Assembly (NCBI GenBank): GCA_963739455.1
Contig: CAVUAK010000001.1
Span: forward strand, 544,001 to 608,000
Direction: 5' to 3'
Source: an uncultured Gemmatimonadales bacterium
Lineage (GTDB): Bacteria > Gemmatimonadota > Gemmatimonadetes > Gemmatimonadales > GWC2-71-9
DNA length: 64,000 nucleotides
Shown here: piece by piece, positions 23,101-31,412 of the stretch
How positions within the stretch are numbered: the first letter of the stretch is position 1
How the letters are laid out: every line of letters begins with the position of its first letter
Notes under the pieces: generated by a model
Databases searched by the model: none
What the model saw: the letters and a program-made list of their open reading frames with translations, nothing else
Told to the model about the DNA's origin: nothing
Made by a program: the position numbers and the translations under genes

Positions 23101-23360
23101 TGGTAGCCGGAACCGGGCGTGATGTTCTCGAAGTTGTAGCGGCCGTTGCTGCGGGTGGTGGTGGTGAACGACTGGCCGGTCTGCAGGCTCTTGAGTTCGA
23201 CCCGGGCGGCATCGACCCCGGTGCCCGCGCCCTCAACTGAGATGGTGCCCTGAAGCGCAGCCGTGGTGACCCCCTGCGCGCTGACCCTGCGCGCGCCTGC
23301 CCCCAGCAGGGCCACGAGCACGATGGCCGCGAGGCCTGCCGGAGGGGTGCAGCGGTTCAT
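20148..23360 (-). CDS. TonB-dependent receptor, Oar-like, with N-terminal carboxypeptidase-regulatory-like domain
   Basis: Signal peptide VSA|Q; LP..GRNF.DL, N.QIDG..NND.FG, SIEAV.EFQV, G.F.GG..N.ITKSGTN.F.G; ends QLGAKWRFGF. Confidence 0.9.
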   Translation of the reverse strand: MNRCTPPAGLAAIVLVALLGAGARRVSAQGVTTAALQGTISVEGAGTGVDAARVELKSLQTGQSFTTTTRSNGRYNFENITPGSGYQLTVRAIGYLPSVQQGLTLGLGTRQTRDVALKSTVVQLQEIEVAASADNPLLDAGRTGPQQVLGDTAIQGLPLQGRNFNDLISATPQAVGTSIAGNNNRYNNLQIDGGVNNDLFGLAASGVPGGQSGARAISIEAVSEFQVMVAPYDVRQGNFAGGMVNGITKSGTNRFIGSAFVFRQSKNLAGYRDDPTFTSLSIWQYGGTLGGPILTDKVHFFVSADVQSRTSAFASPFNLTGNDATDLANTGFTNSTVNEFADILGGYGITNSGDGSTPNVDNPLMNLFGKLTFNTGESSQLELSYNYADADLGSYIRNPTGVAITGRMRDGWQLSNSGYTQVGKVNTLRARWVAEFGGGLSNEFLTGYQLVRDSRDLPEEVPLILAAVGNIGAATSWLAAGAERFSQTNSLDQNIFSFADNLSFGTGAHRLTVGTQNEFFSFDNAFFQASIGVWSFSSLDSLAAGTPSAFQRRIPTPLQPKGPIALIGAQQFGLYAQDQWSPSERVSFTVGIRADIPLINSPRTNPALVNDPNLPINTGDFPNANVLWSPRLGFNWDVSGQARSIVRGGVGVFSGRPPYVWLANSFTNTGADYVQVTCTGADTPDFTVDPAAQPSACRTGTPTAVAGEVDYFDPNFKYPQNFRASLGFDQRLPGGFILTLDGYYSKQVNQIYIQDTNIPQAPTFSSEGRAIYGTFNAANGAATVTRRTTAVTNAVYHTNTSLGQTLAGTIQVHKSFSNRFALDAAYTLSRTTDQISATSSQAFSNYQFASIGTGTIADRAVTTSTFDVPSKVTLTGMVSLPLGFDFSVFYTGFSGTPYGWVINSGPGGTRGDANADGIAGNDLVFVPGNPGQITLTNPAAYDSLQNFISSQKCLAASRGAMLERNSCRNPWQNYFNLRVGWTTPQVKGSGIELTLDLFNFLNFLSSNWGLYKEVSAFEEGPAFLSVAGYDNANNRPIYRFTQPAVVERTVYSQRQSRWTMQLGAKWRFGF

Positions 23361-23517
23361 CTGTGATCGCCCTTCGACCCGCGGGAAGCCGGCAAACGAC
23401 CATCTCAGCGGCGCCCGCCGTTACTTTCGGGGGACACCGCCGTAAATCGTTTATGCTGATGGATTTAGCTGATTCTATTGGTGGTCGCTATCGGACCAAT
23501 TCCACCCACTTCGGGAG

Positions 23518-23545
23518 AAGTTACGCAGCCGCCGACTCGCGTCAA
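23518..23545 (-). promoter_or_regulatory. Candidate sigma70 promoter for the Oar-like receptor
   Basis: Minus strand TTGACG-N16-TAACTT; a divergent TTGACA at 23600-23605 precedes cyoE. Confidence 0.4.
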
Positions 23546-23635
23546 GCACATCCAGCGCTGATTTACCGTCCCGTGACCGGACCAGGGGAAATTCGCCGGT
23601 TGACAGGGGTCGCACCGTGGCCGTTCTTTCCGCCC

Positions 23636-24595
23636 ATGACTCAGGAAAAACCCACGATTCTCGCTGACCTCGTCACGCTCACCAAGCCGCGGATCATTTC
23701 GCTCCTGCTGGTGACGACGGTGGCCCCGATGTTCATGACCGACCGCGGGCTGCCTTCAGCAGCACTCGTCCTCTGGGTGGTGGTTGCCGGTTACCTGATG
23801 GCGGGCGGCGCCAACGCGATCAACATGTGGTTCGACAGGGATATCGACGACCGGATGACGCGCACGCGCCTCCGCCCCATCCCGTCGGGGCGCATCACCC
23901 CGGGGCAGGGACTGTTCTTCGGCGTGGCCCTGGGCGCCATCGCCTTCGTGATCTTCTGGTACCAGGTCAACCCGCTGAGTGCCTGGCTCGCGCTGAGTGG
24001 GCTGCTCTTCTACGTGTTCATCTACACCATGCTGCTCAAGCGGAAGACGGCGCAGAATATCGTCATCGGCGGCGCGGCAGGCGCGTTCCCTCCCCTGGTG
24101 GGCTGGGCCGCCGTGACAGGGCGCCTGGACCTCGCGGCCATCTACCTCTTCGCCATCATCTTCTACTGGACGCCCCCGCACTTCTGGGCGCTCGCCCTCA
24201 TCAAGCAGGGGGAGTACGCCAAGGCCGGGGTGCCGATGATGCCGGTTGTGAAGGGAGAGGCGCGAACGAAGTGGGAAATGCTCATCTATACGCTGCTGCT
24301 GCTGCCGCTGACCATCATGCCGGCGGTGTTCGGGGCGCTTGGTCCCTTCTACCTCGTGGCCGCGTTGCTCCTGGGCGGCCGGTTGCTCTGGTACTGCATT
24401 CTACTGCTGCGCGAGGCGGGGGTGACGCCGACCGCATGGAAGATGTATCGCTATTCCCTGCTCTACCTGGCGCTGCTCTTCCTCGCCATGGGCATCGACC
24501 GCTACCTGCCGCGCAGTGCGCACCAGCCGGTGGCGCCTGAAGTGGTGATCCTGCGCCAGACCGGCGACGTGACAGGGATCAAGGCGGCTCAGTAG
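23636..24595 (+). CDS. cyoE: Protoheme IX farnesyltransferase (heme o synthase)
   Basis: LTKPRIISLL, NMWFDRDIDDRMTRTRLRPIPSG, NIVIGGAAGAFPPLVGW, FYWTPPHFWALA. Confidence 0.95.
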   Translation: MTQEKPTILADLVTLTKPRIISLLLVTTVAPMFMTDRGLPSAALVLWVVVAGYLMAGGANAINMWFDRDIDDRMTRTRLRPIPSGRITPGQGLFFGVALGAIAFVIFWYQVNPLSAWLALSGLLFYVFIYTMLLKRKTAQNIVIGGAAGAFPPLVGWAAVTGRLDLAAIYLFAIIFYWTPPHFWALALIKQGEYAKAGVPMMPVVKGEARTKWEMLIYTLLLLPLTIMPAVFGALGPFYLVAALLLGGRLLWYCILLLREAGVTPTAWKMYRYSLLYLALLFLAMGIDRYLPRSAHQPVAPEVVILRQTGDVTGIKAAQ

Positions 24596-26016
24596 GACAG
24601 ATACTGGTTGCTGTAGAAGTCCACGCTCAGGAAGCGCCCCGCGTCGCGTACACCGTCCTCGGTGAGGACGTCCCGCCAGTCAGGCTGCCTTGGTTCCTTC
24701 AAGTCGCCTGCAATCATCAGGCGCCACTGCCCGACGCCGGTCCGGTCGGCAAAGATGTACCACAGTCCCTGGTCCGGGTAATTCCATACTTCGTATGGCG
24801 GTGCCTTCTGCACCTGCGCCCGGTGCAGCACCGAGGGCGCGACACCATTCTTGGCAAAGATGCGCCCGCGGTCGGTTTTCCAGCCGGGCACGTTCCGTTC
24901 CTTGAATTCCTTGTTGGCGAGCGCGATCGCGGCATAGAACTGCTCGCGGGCCTCATTGGTGGCGGTGCCCTTGTTGGGATCGCGTGACTGCCAGAAGTCG
25001 GTGAGGTAGCGCCTCTTTCCGTCCTCGCTGAGCGACTTGTTCCAGACCTTGAGCTCTGCCGGCGTGGCGATGTAGTACAAGGGCGCGAACGCGGAATCGA
25101 GTCCCTCGACCGACATGTACTTGAAGTAGCCTTCGTCCGTCTGCCGCTCGACCTTGATGCGCGCCACCCCGCGCTGCAGGGTGGTATCGAGCGAGGCCAT
25201 GGTCATCGGTGCTGAACGGTCCACCGAACGGGCCCCGAGCTGGAGCAGCACCTTCAGCTGGTACCTGCCCTGCGGAAGCCCCTCGAGGTTGAGGCGCCCC
25301 TTCAGCATGCCGCCGGACGCCGCAACCTTCACCGGCGTGTTGGGGGTCTGGAACACCGCCTTGCCCGCCTCATCGACCACCTCGACTGCCATGGTTCCCG
25401 ACTCTTCCGTGCCGTCGTTGTAGGCCTCGAGAACGTAGTACGCCTCGGTGTGCCCCGAGTCGGGCGCAAGTCGCAGGACGGCGGCGGGATTGAAGAGGGT
25501 GTTCCCCTTCCTGACTTCGCCTGGTCTCGGCACCGTATCGCCAGTGCCGGCGATTCTCATGGCGGATGCAAGCGTGAGGTCGGAAGCGTCCGGCCGGCCC
25601 TTGAACGCCTCCAGTGACAGGGTGCTCGAGAGGACCTTGGCCGAGACCGAGTCGGTGACGTCGACGGCGACTGTGTAGGTACCCGGCGCGACCGCAAAAT
25701 CGAGCATCTCGATGCCATAGGCGCCCGGGATGCGCGGGTCCCCGGGTATCCGGGTGCGCCACGAGTCGGTGTGCAGGGTAATTCCTGCCTGGTCGGCCAC
25801 CTTCACCGCGACGAGGTACGACACGCCCTGCGCACCCGGCTCCATGATCGACATCGGAACCTGGATGAGCACGCGAACACGCGTCTGGCCGCCGTTTTCC
25901 GGGCGGAAGGTGCGTACGGCGCGAAGGGAGAGGCCTTCGGCGGTCTGGGCCAGCAGAACGGGGACCTGAAGGCACAGCGTCAGCAGGGCCAGAGCGAGCT
26001 GGCTCCGGAATCGCAC
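24589..26016 (-). CDS. Secreted GWxTD-domain protein
   Basis: Signal peptide LLA|Q; FWQSRDP...NEAREQFY...AN..F...GWKTDRGRIF..YEVWNY. Confidence 0.85.
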   Translation of the reverse strand: MRFRSQLALALLTLCLQVPVLLAQTAEGLSLRAVRTFRPENGGQTRVRVLIQVPMSIMEPGAQGVSYLVAVKVADQAGITLHTDSWRTRIPGDPRIPGAYGIEMLDFAVAPGTYTVAVDVTDSVSAKVLSSTLSLEAFKGRPDASDLTLASAMRIAGTGDTVPRPGEVRKGNTLFNPAAVLRLAPDSGHTEAYYVLEAYNDGTEESGTMAVEVVDEAGKAVFQTPNTPVKVAASGGMLKGRLNLEGLPQGRYQLKVLLQLGARSVDRSAPMTMASLDTTLQRGVARIKVERQTDEGYFKYMSVEGLDSAFAPLYYIATPAELKVWNKSLSEDGKRRYLTDFWQSRDPNKGTATNEAREQFYAAIALANKEFKERNVPGWKTDRGRIFAKNGVAPSVLHRAQVQKAPPYEVWNYPDQGLWYIFADRTGVGQWRLMIAGDLKEPRQPDWRDVLTEDGVRDAGRFLSVDFYSNQYLSY

Positions 26017-26122
26017 GTTGATTGCTCCGCGGGAACGGTAATTCGGGGGCGGCCAGCTCCGGCCGGTGCCAACTCGCCCTGTGAACCTGCCTCCGGAGAC
26101 GACAGGCAGGCCCTGAAAGACA

Positions 26123-26150
26123 CAGGCGGGCCCCGTGAGGGGCCCGCCTG
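26123..26150 (-). terminator. Strong hairpin after the PorV-like gene
   Basis: CAGGCGGGCCCC-gtga-GGGGCCCGCCTG perfect 12-bp stem. Confidence 0.65.
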
Positions 26151-26168
26151 CCGGAGAGCCAACCCGGT

Positions 26169-27290
26169 TCAGAAGCCGACGCTAAACGTGAAGAAGTTCG
26201 TTGGTCCGAGTGTGCCCATGTACCGGTAGGCATAGTCGAGGCCGATGCTGAACTTGGCTGCGGTCTGGTAGAAGAGGCCGCCACCGAAAGCCAAACCCTG
26301 CAGGTTCTCCTCGTCCGCGACTGAGCTCGGGAGCTCGGTCGGGGTGAGGTTGTTGGCCGGCTGGTAGCTGTAGCTGGCCCGGAGCGCCGCGCCGAAGCCC
26401 GACCCGCCGAGATGCTTGAAGTCTACTTCCGAGCCAACACCGAAGGACGCCTTGTTGCTGATCTGCTGGTTGAAGTCGGCGATCAGCGTCCAGCGCGTAT
26501 CGGTCTTTGAGATCAGGTCGTAACCCAGGGCCACCTTGAAGGTGGTCGGGAGGTTGAACGCCTTCGTGCTCAACTCACCCGGCTGCGGGTTGGTCGGCAC
26601 GGTGGGAACCCCCGGCACCGAGTCACGCGGCACCTGGACGATCAGTGCGTCGCCGCCATAACTGATCGCAGAACCGAGGTTCGTGAGGGTGAAGGAGAAC
26701 TGGATCGGCCGACCGCCCAGCCGTGAGTGGAAGTTCGTGCCGAAGTCGACAGCAAACGCGCTGCCGGTGGCGCCACCCAGGTTGTCGAACACGAACTTCG
26801 CCGTGATACCCGCACTGAAGCGGTCGGAGAAGTTCTGGGCGTAGGTGAGGCCGCCGAAGGTTTCGCTCACCGAGTACACCGAGCCGGTGCCATCGGGTTG
26901 CTCGACCGTGTACACCGGCTGGTCACCGAACCCGAAGGTGCCGAACTGGAGGCCGAACGCCTTGGACCGCCCGCCGAACGGGAACGAGAGGCCGGCCCAG
27001 GCATAGTTGGTGTTGGCGACGTAATCGTACGCGCTGGCCGAGAACCCGCTGGTTCGCTGCAAGGCGATACCGGCAGGGTTGTAGTACAGCGCGCTGACGT
27101 CGTTCACGATCGCGGAAAACGAGGTGCCGAGTGCCGCGCCGCGTGCGGAGGCGCCAAGCAGGAGGAATTCCGCCGAGGTGGTGCCGTATGACGTGTTGTC
27201 GCTGCCGGTGTTCTGTGCCGCGAGTAGCGTCGGGCTCCCGATGAACAGCATCCCCGCCAGTGCCCAGCGAAGTCTTTGTGAATCACGCAT
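26169..27290 (-). CDS. PorV/PorQ-family (FadL-like) outer-membrane beta-barrel
   Basis: Signal peptide LAA|Q; GTTSAEFLLLGASARGAALG..FSA..NDVSALYYNPAG N-terminal signature; LPTTFKVALG; C-terminal FSVGF. Confidence 0.85.
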   Translation of the reverse strand: MRDSQRLRWALAGMLFIGSPTLLAAQNTGSDNTSYGTTSAEFLLLGASARGAALGTSFSAIVNDVSALYYNPAGIALQRTSGFSASAYDYVANTNYAWAGLSFPFGGRSKAFGLQFGTFGFGDQPVYTVEQPDGTGSVYSVSETFGGLTYAQNFSDRFSAGITAKFVFDNLGGATGSAFAVDFGTNFHSRLGGRPIQFSFTLTNLGSAISYGGDALIVQVPRDSVPGVPTVPTNPQPGELSTKAFNLPTTFKVALGYDLISKTDTRWTLIADFNQQISNKASFGVGSEVDFKHLGGSGFGAALRASYSYQPANNLTPTELPSSVADEENLQGLAFGGGLFYQTAAKFSIGLDYAYRYMGTLGPTNFFTFSVGF

Positions 27291-27356
27291 GATCTTTCGA
27301 TCTCCTAGGGTAGGTGGTGGGGCCCCGTTCGGGACCCCACTCACCGGGCCAGTGGA

Positions 27357-30300
27357 CTACTGGGCGAAGTTCACCACCGTAAAGCGGCCGACCCTTCGGG
27401 CGTCGCCGGCTTCGATCATATAGAAGTACACACCCGACGCGACAACCTGGTTGTTACGGTTGCGGAGATTCCAGGCTTCCGTACCGCTGAAGTCGGTCGA
27501 GTTGTGTTCGATCATCTGCACCAGGATGCCGCTGGACGTGTAGATGCGGATGATCGCCTGGGTAGGCAGGTTCACGAACTGGAGCACCTTCGCTTCCGTC
27601 GTGGCCTCGTACCCGTTAGTCACGTAGTACGGGTCCGGCACCGTGTGCACCCGGAGCAGGTCCCGGTTGGTGGTCGCCAACGCAGTGGTCGGTTCAGTGA
27701 CGGAGAACCTGACCTGCAGGCCCGGGATGCCGGGCGAGCGCACCTGCGGCGTGTACGCGTAGCCGGTTGGGGTGGTGCCGGCAGCCAGTGTTCCGGCCGT
27801 CGCACTGCCCGCGGACGTCCTGACGATTCCGGCGTAGGTCCGCAGGGTCCACTTCGTTCCCGCTGCCGGCATGGCACCGCCGGTCAACTGGAAGATGTAG
27901 CGCTCGCCGTTGACGTACAGGCCGATTCCCTGGCCCGTCGTGCCCGCCGCCGAGAAGTTGGTGCTGACGTTGCCGACAGTCGCCGTGTTGACGTATGGCA
28001 CGACGTCATTCGGGTCGGTCGGTCCCAGGGCACCCACTTCGTTGGCCCAGAACTCGGCGATGTTTGCGGCGTAGTTGAAGTCCGTCCAGGTGACGACGCC
28101 ATCGCCGTCAGCATCGGTCACGAAGCCCCATGTGGCTTCGGCCTCCGGGTTGAACTTCACGTCGACATCGTTCGAGAGATCGCGGACGGATTCCATCGTG
28201 CCGCCCGGACCCCAGGTGAACTGGACGTCAGCTTCGCGCGAGAGTCCGGCGAAGGCATAACCCCAGAACTGGATCGTTCCGTTGTTCGTGGACGGCCCAG
28301 GCGTGGTCGGGTTCAGCGGATCACGCTGGACGTGGTGGATCGGCGCCCAGACCGTATCGACGCCGGGGAGCCCGCCACCGACCTTGATGCTGACGGCCGG
28401 GTGGTTCAGCGTCTCGTTGTCCCCGGCGAACCAGCGGGAGCCGCCGGCAGATACCGAGGTCTGGCAGTTCGTCGGCGCGGCACCGCAGAGAGCAGCGGTG
28501 TTGTTGTTGACCAACCCTCGCCGAGCGGCCTGACCCTCGAAGCTGCTGAACTGGATGTACTGTCGCATGGCGATGCCGACAGCGGCGCTTCCCGTCAACG
28601 TGCCGGGAATGCCGTAGGTGGCAGCCGCGGTGGGATCAATGTTGACCGGCTGCGCGCCCAGCTGGGCGGTGCCTGTCGCGATTCCATCGAAGCTGCTCCA
28701 GATCGGCCAGAGCGCCACCGTCGTGAACTTCGTTTCTACGCCGTCCTTCACGAACGTCACGTAGAAGATGTAGCACGTGCCGGTGGAGCCGGCGATGGAG
28801 TTGAACACCCCATTGCACGACGGGTTCCCGCCCCACAGCGCCCGCACGGAATCGATGGTCGCCGTCAGGCTCAGCGCCGGCAGCAGCGCCGGGATCAGCG
28901 GAGCAAAGGCACCACTCACGCCGTTGGTTGCCGGCGGCGTGCCGCTGAAGCGGCCAGTCGCGGGGTCGATGCTGAACGGTGCATCGACATTGAGCGCGGT
29001 GCCCGCCGTGCCGTAGATGCCGGACACGAGCGTCGGCGCCTGCACGTTGGAACCAGCGACGCTCGGCGTCACCGGCTTGGCCACGCGGGGCGACTCGAGG
29101 CTGGACGGGCCCGACTGGAAGCTGTTGATGTCGAACGCCGTCACCGAGTAGAAGTAGCGGAAGTTGTTCTTCGGCTCACGGTCGGTGTACCCGAACGGTA
29201 CGCCGGTGTCGGCCAGGGGCGGATAGCCGCCGTTGCTGGCTGACGTGAGTGCGGTGTCAGCGTTGCCGACAACCAGCGCGCAGGCGAACGAGACGCAGTC
29301 GGCTCCGGGAACCTGTCCCGGGTTGACTACGACGCGAGACGCCGAGCCGAGCTTGACCTGGATGAACTGTCCGGTCAGCGGGTACGAGGTGGAGGTCGTC
29401 GCCGAGACGCCGCTGAACTGCACGTAGTTGAAGGCGACCGGGCAGTCGAGCGTGACACCCAGCTCCGGGGCGCAGGTACCGACCGGGTTGATCTGGCCAC
29501 TGAAGTCGGCCATCTCGGTGCCGGAGTAGTCGAACTGGGCCACCAGCGTCAGCGAGCCCGAGTTGTTCACGCGCCCGCGATAGATCCGGTAGCCCTCGAC
29601 GTCGAACTGACGATAGTTCGGGTCGTAGAGCACGTTCGGCTCGGTCGGCGTGCCGGGGTTGCTGGCGACCGCGAAGTACGGGTCGCCGCTCACCTCGGAA
29701 GATGACGGCTGCCACACGATGGACACCTGGTTGTCGCCGGGGATCAGGTAGAAGTTCGGCGACTGGGGCGCGAACGGGAGCAGGAATCCGTTGTCGAAGA
29801 TGACCTGCGCCGTGAGCGCCTTGTTGAGCAGTGAGCCCGGGATGGTGCGGAACTCACTCTGCTCGACGCCGTTGTCGGCGTTGATGTCGGTGTAGCCGTT
29901 GAAGCCGGTCAGCGAGTCCACCTGGTTTGCACCCAGGCTCAGCAGCGACACATCGGTCAACCGGACCGGGTTGCCCGGGGTGACGTCGGTGCTTGCCGTC
30001 GGGGCGAAGCCCGGGATGGCGACCGGTGCGGCGAAGACGTACGCCACCACGATGCTGCCGAAGCCGCCCGGCGCCAACTGGAGCGACGTCGACGACTGGT
30101 AGAACCGCGCGTCCGCTGCGGACGGGTTGATGAAGCAGATGCCCACCGCAAAGCCACCCGCAACGTTGCAGGCCTGGTCACCCTGTGACGGGTCCAGGTT
30201 GCCGGAGAGGTAGCGGAACAGCTGGAACACGTTGGCCGGGTCACGGAAGCCCGTGGCCGAGTTGATCGTGTTGGAGAAGAGCTGGATCTCGCCGGCGCCC

Positions 30301-31334
30301 GTCGGGCTCCGGAGGTACTTCACGCCCACGAAGCCCGGGCCACCGAAGAACGGGGGGCCCCAGATGGCGGGGTTGTCGTACTGCTCACCGCTCGTCGGAT
30401 CGAAGGTGAAGGTGTGCTCGTAGCAGAATCCGAGGGCGAACGGGATGTTCACCGAGCAGTAGTTCGAGCCTGCAGCGGAGACGTCCATGTCCGCGGCGAA
30501 GGCCGAGAACAAGCTGTCGATCGTGTAACCGCCAGCCGGAAGGTTCACGCGGAACCTCGAGCTGTTGCTGGACACGAAGTCCCGGCCGAGCTGCTGCATC
30601 GTCGGCCGGATCGCGGGACGGACGCCGGCGTAGGCCGTCGGGTCGCTGGCCGTCACGTTGTAGAACGAGAACGTGAAGTAGACGATGTCTTCGTTGCCGG
30701 TCGGGTAGTTCCAGCCCAGGCCGCGTGACTCGACGGCGACGCCCAGCGGGTGCGGGCGTCCGGCGATCAGGGTGGAGTTGCCGTCCCAGGTCACGAACCA
30801 GACGTCACCCTGCGACGCCGAGTTGATGCCGCGGAGCACCGGGTTGTAGAAGTTGTCGGCTTCGTTGATCTCGACCGGTACCCGCGCCGCTTCCGGCCAC
30901 GCGCCGGCATCGGCAGGGTTCTGGAAGTTGTAGATCGGCTCGACGCCGTCGCCGTGCTCCGTCGTACCCTTGGGGTCGAAGAAGAAGGCACCGGAGACGT
31001 CGCCGTCCCACGCACCGCCCGGGTTCAGCACCTTGCCGGCAACCTGCAGGCCCGAGTTGAACACGAACTGGTTGCCGGTGCCCTTCGGCCAGAACCCGCC
31101 GCCGATGGTCGACGAGTTCGTGGAGTCAACGCCGATGTTGCCCTTGGACGAACTGAGTCCGAGGTACACCCGGTTGACGGTCATGGCTCCCAGGGTGCGG
31201 GCGAACAGCCGGAACCCGCGCGGCCGCGCGCCCGGCTCGGGCTTCGCAGCGGCGGTCGCGGGAATCAGTGCTGCCAACGCCAGCGCCAGCAGTCCTCCCG
31301 CCGCGAGGCTTCTCGAACGCAACAAGACTTTCAT
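27357..31334 (-). CDS. Large secreted protein (about 1325 aa) with FN3-like region and T9SS type-A-like C-terminal domain
   Basis: Signal peptide; FN3-like PGDNQVSIVW...VEGYRIYR...YFYSVTAFD; Ca-binding-like DINADNGV and DADGDGVV; C-terminus VHTVPDPY...QFVNLP..AIIRIYTSSG.LV..I.H...WNLRN.NNQ.VASGVYFY.IE....GRFTVV. Confidence 0.8.
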   Translation of the reverse strand: MKVLLRSRSLAAGGLLALALAALIPATAAAKPEPGARPRGFRLFARTLGAMTVNRVYLGLSSSKGNIGVDSTNSSTIGGGFWPKGTGNQFVFNSGLQVAGKVLNPGGAWDGDVSGAFFFDPKGTTEHGDGVEPIYNFQNPADAGAWPEAARVPVEINEADNFYNPVLRGINSASQGDVWFVTWDGNSTLIAGRPHPLGVAVESRGLGWNYPTGNEDIVYFTFSFYNVTASDPTAYAGVRPAIRPTMQQLGRDFVSSNSSRFRVNLPAGGYTIDSLFSAFAADMDVSAAGSNYCSVNIPFALGFCYEHTFTFDPTSGEQYDNPAIWGPPFFGGPGFVGVKYLRSPTGAGEIQLFSNTINSATGFRDPANVFQLFRYLSGNLDPSQGDQACNVAGGFAVGICFINPSAADARFYQSSTSLQLAPGGFGSIVVAYVFAAPVAIPGFAPTASTDVTPGNPVRLTDVSLLSLGANQVDSLTGFNGYTDINADNGVEQSEFRTIPGSLLNKALTAQVIFDNGFLLPFAPQSPNFYLIPGDNQVSIVWQPSSSEVSGDPYFAVASNPGTPTEPNVLYDPNYRQFDVEGYRIYRGRVNNSGSLTLVAQFDYSGTEMADFSGQINPVGTCAPELGVTLDCPVAFNYVQFSGVSATTSTSYPLTGQFIQVKLGSASRVVVNPGQVPGADCVSFACALVVGNADTALTSASNGGYPPLADTGVPFGYTDREPKNNFRYFYSVTAFDINSFQSGPSSLESPRVAKPVTPSVAGSNVQAPTLVSGIYGTAGTALNVDAPFSIDPATGRFSGTPPATNGVSGAFAPLIPALLPALSLTATIDSVRALWGGNPSCNGVFNSIAGSTGTCYIFYVTFVKDGVETKFTTVALWPIWSSFDGIATGTAQLGAQPVNIDPTAAATYGIPGTLTGSAAVGIAMRQYIQFSSFEGQAARRGLVNNNTAALCGAAPTNCQTSVSAGGSRWFAGDNETLNHPAVSIKVGGGLPGVDTVWAPIHHVQRDPLNPTTPGPSTNNGTIQFWGYAFAGLSREADVQFTWGPGGTMESVRDLSNDVDVKFNPEAEATWGFVTDADGDGVVTWTDFNYAANIAEFWANEVGALGPTDPNDVVPYVNTATVGNVSTNFSAAGTTGQGIGLYVNGERYIFQLTGGAMPAAGTKWTLRTYAGIVRTSAGSATAGTLAAGTTPTGYAYTPQVRSPGIPGLQVRFSVTEPTTALATTNRDLLRVHTVPDPYYVTNGYEATTEAKVLQFVNLPTQAIIRIYTSSGILVQMIEHNSTDFSGTEAWNLRNRNNQVVASGVYFYMIEAGDARRVGRFTVVNFAQ

Positions 31335-31412
31335 TGCTGTCCTCTCAGAGTAGAAGCGCAACCGGGCCCGACCGAACCAGCGTACGGTTCGGCCGAGCCG
31401 GAGTGCACCACG

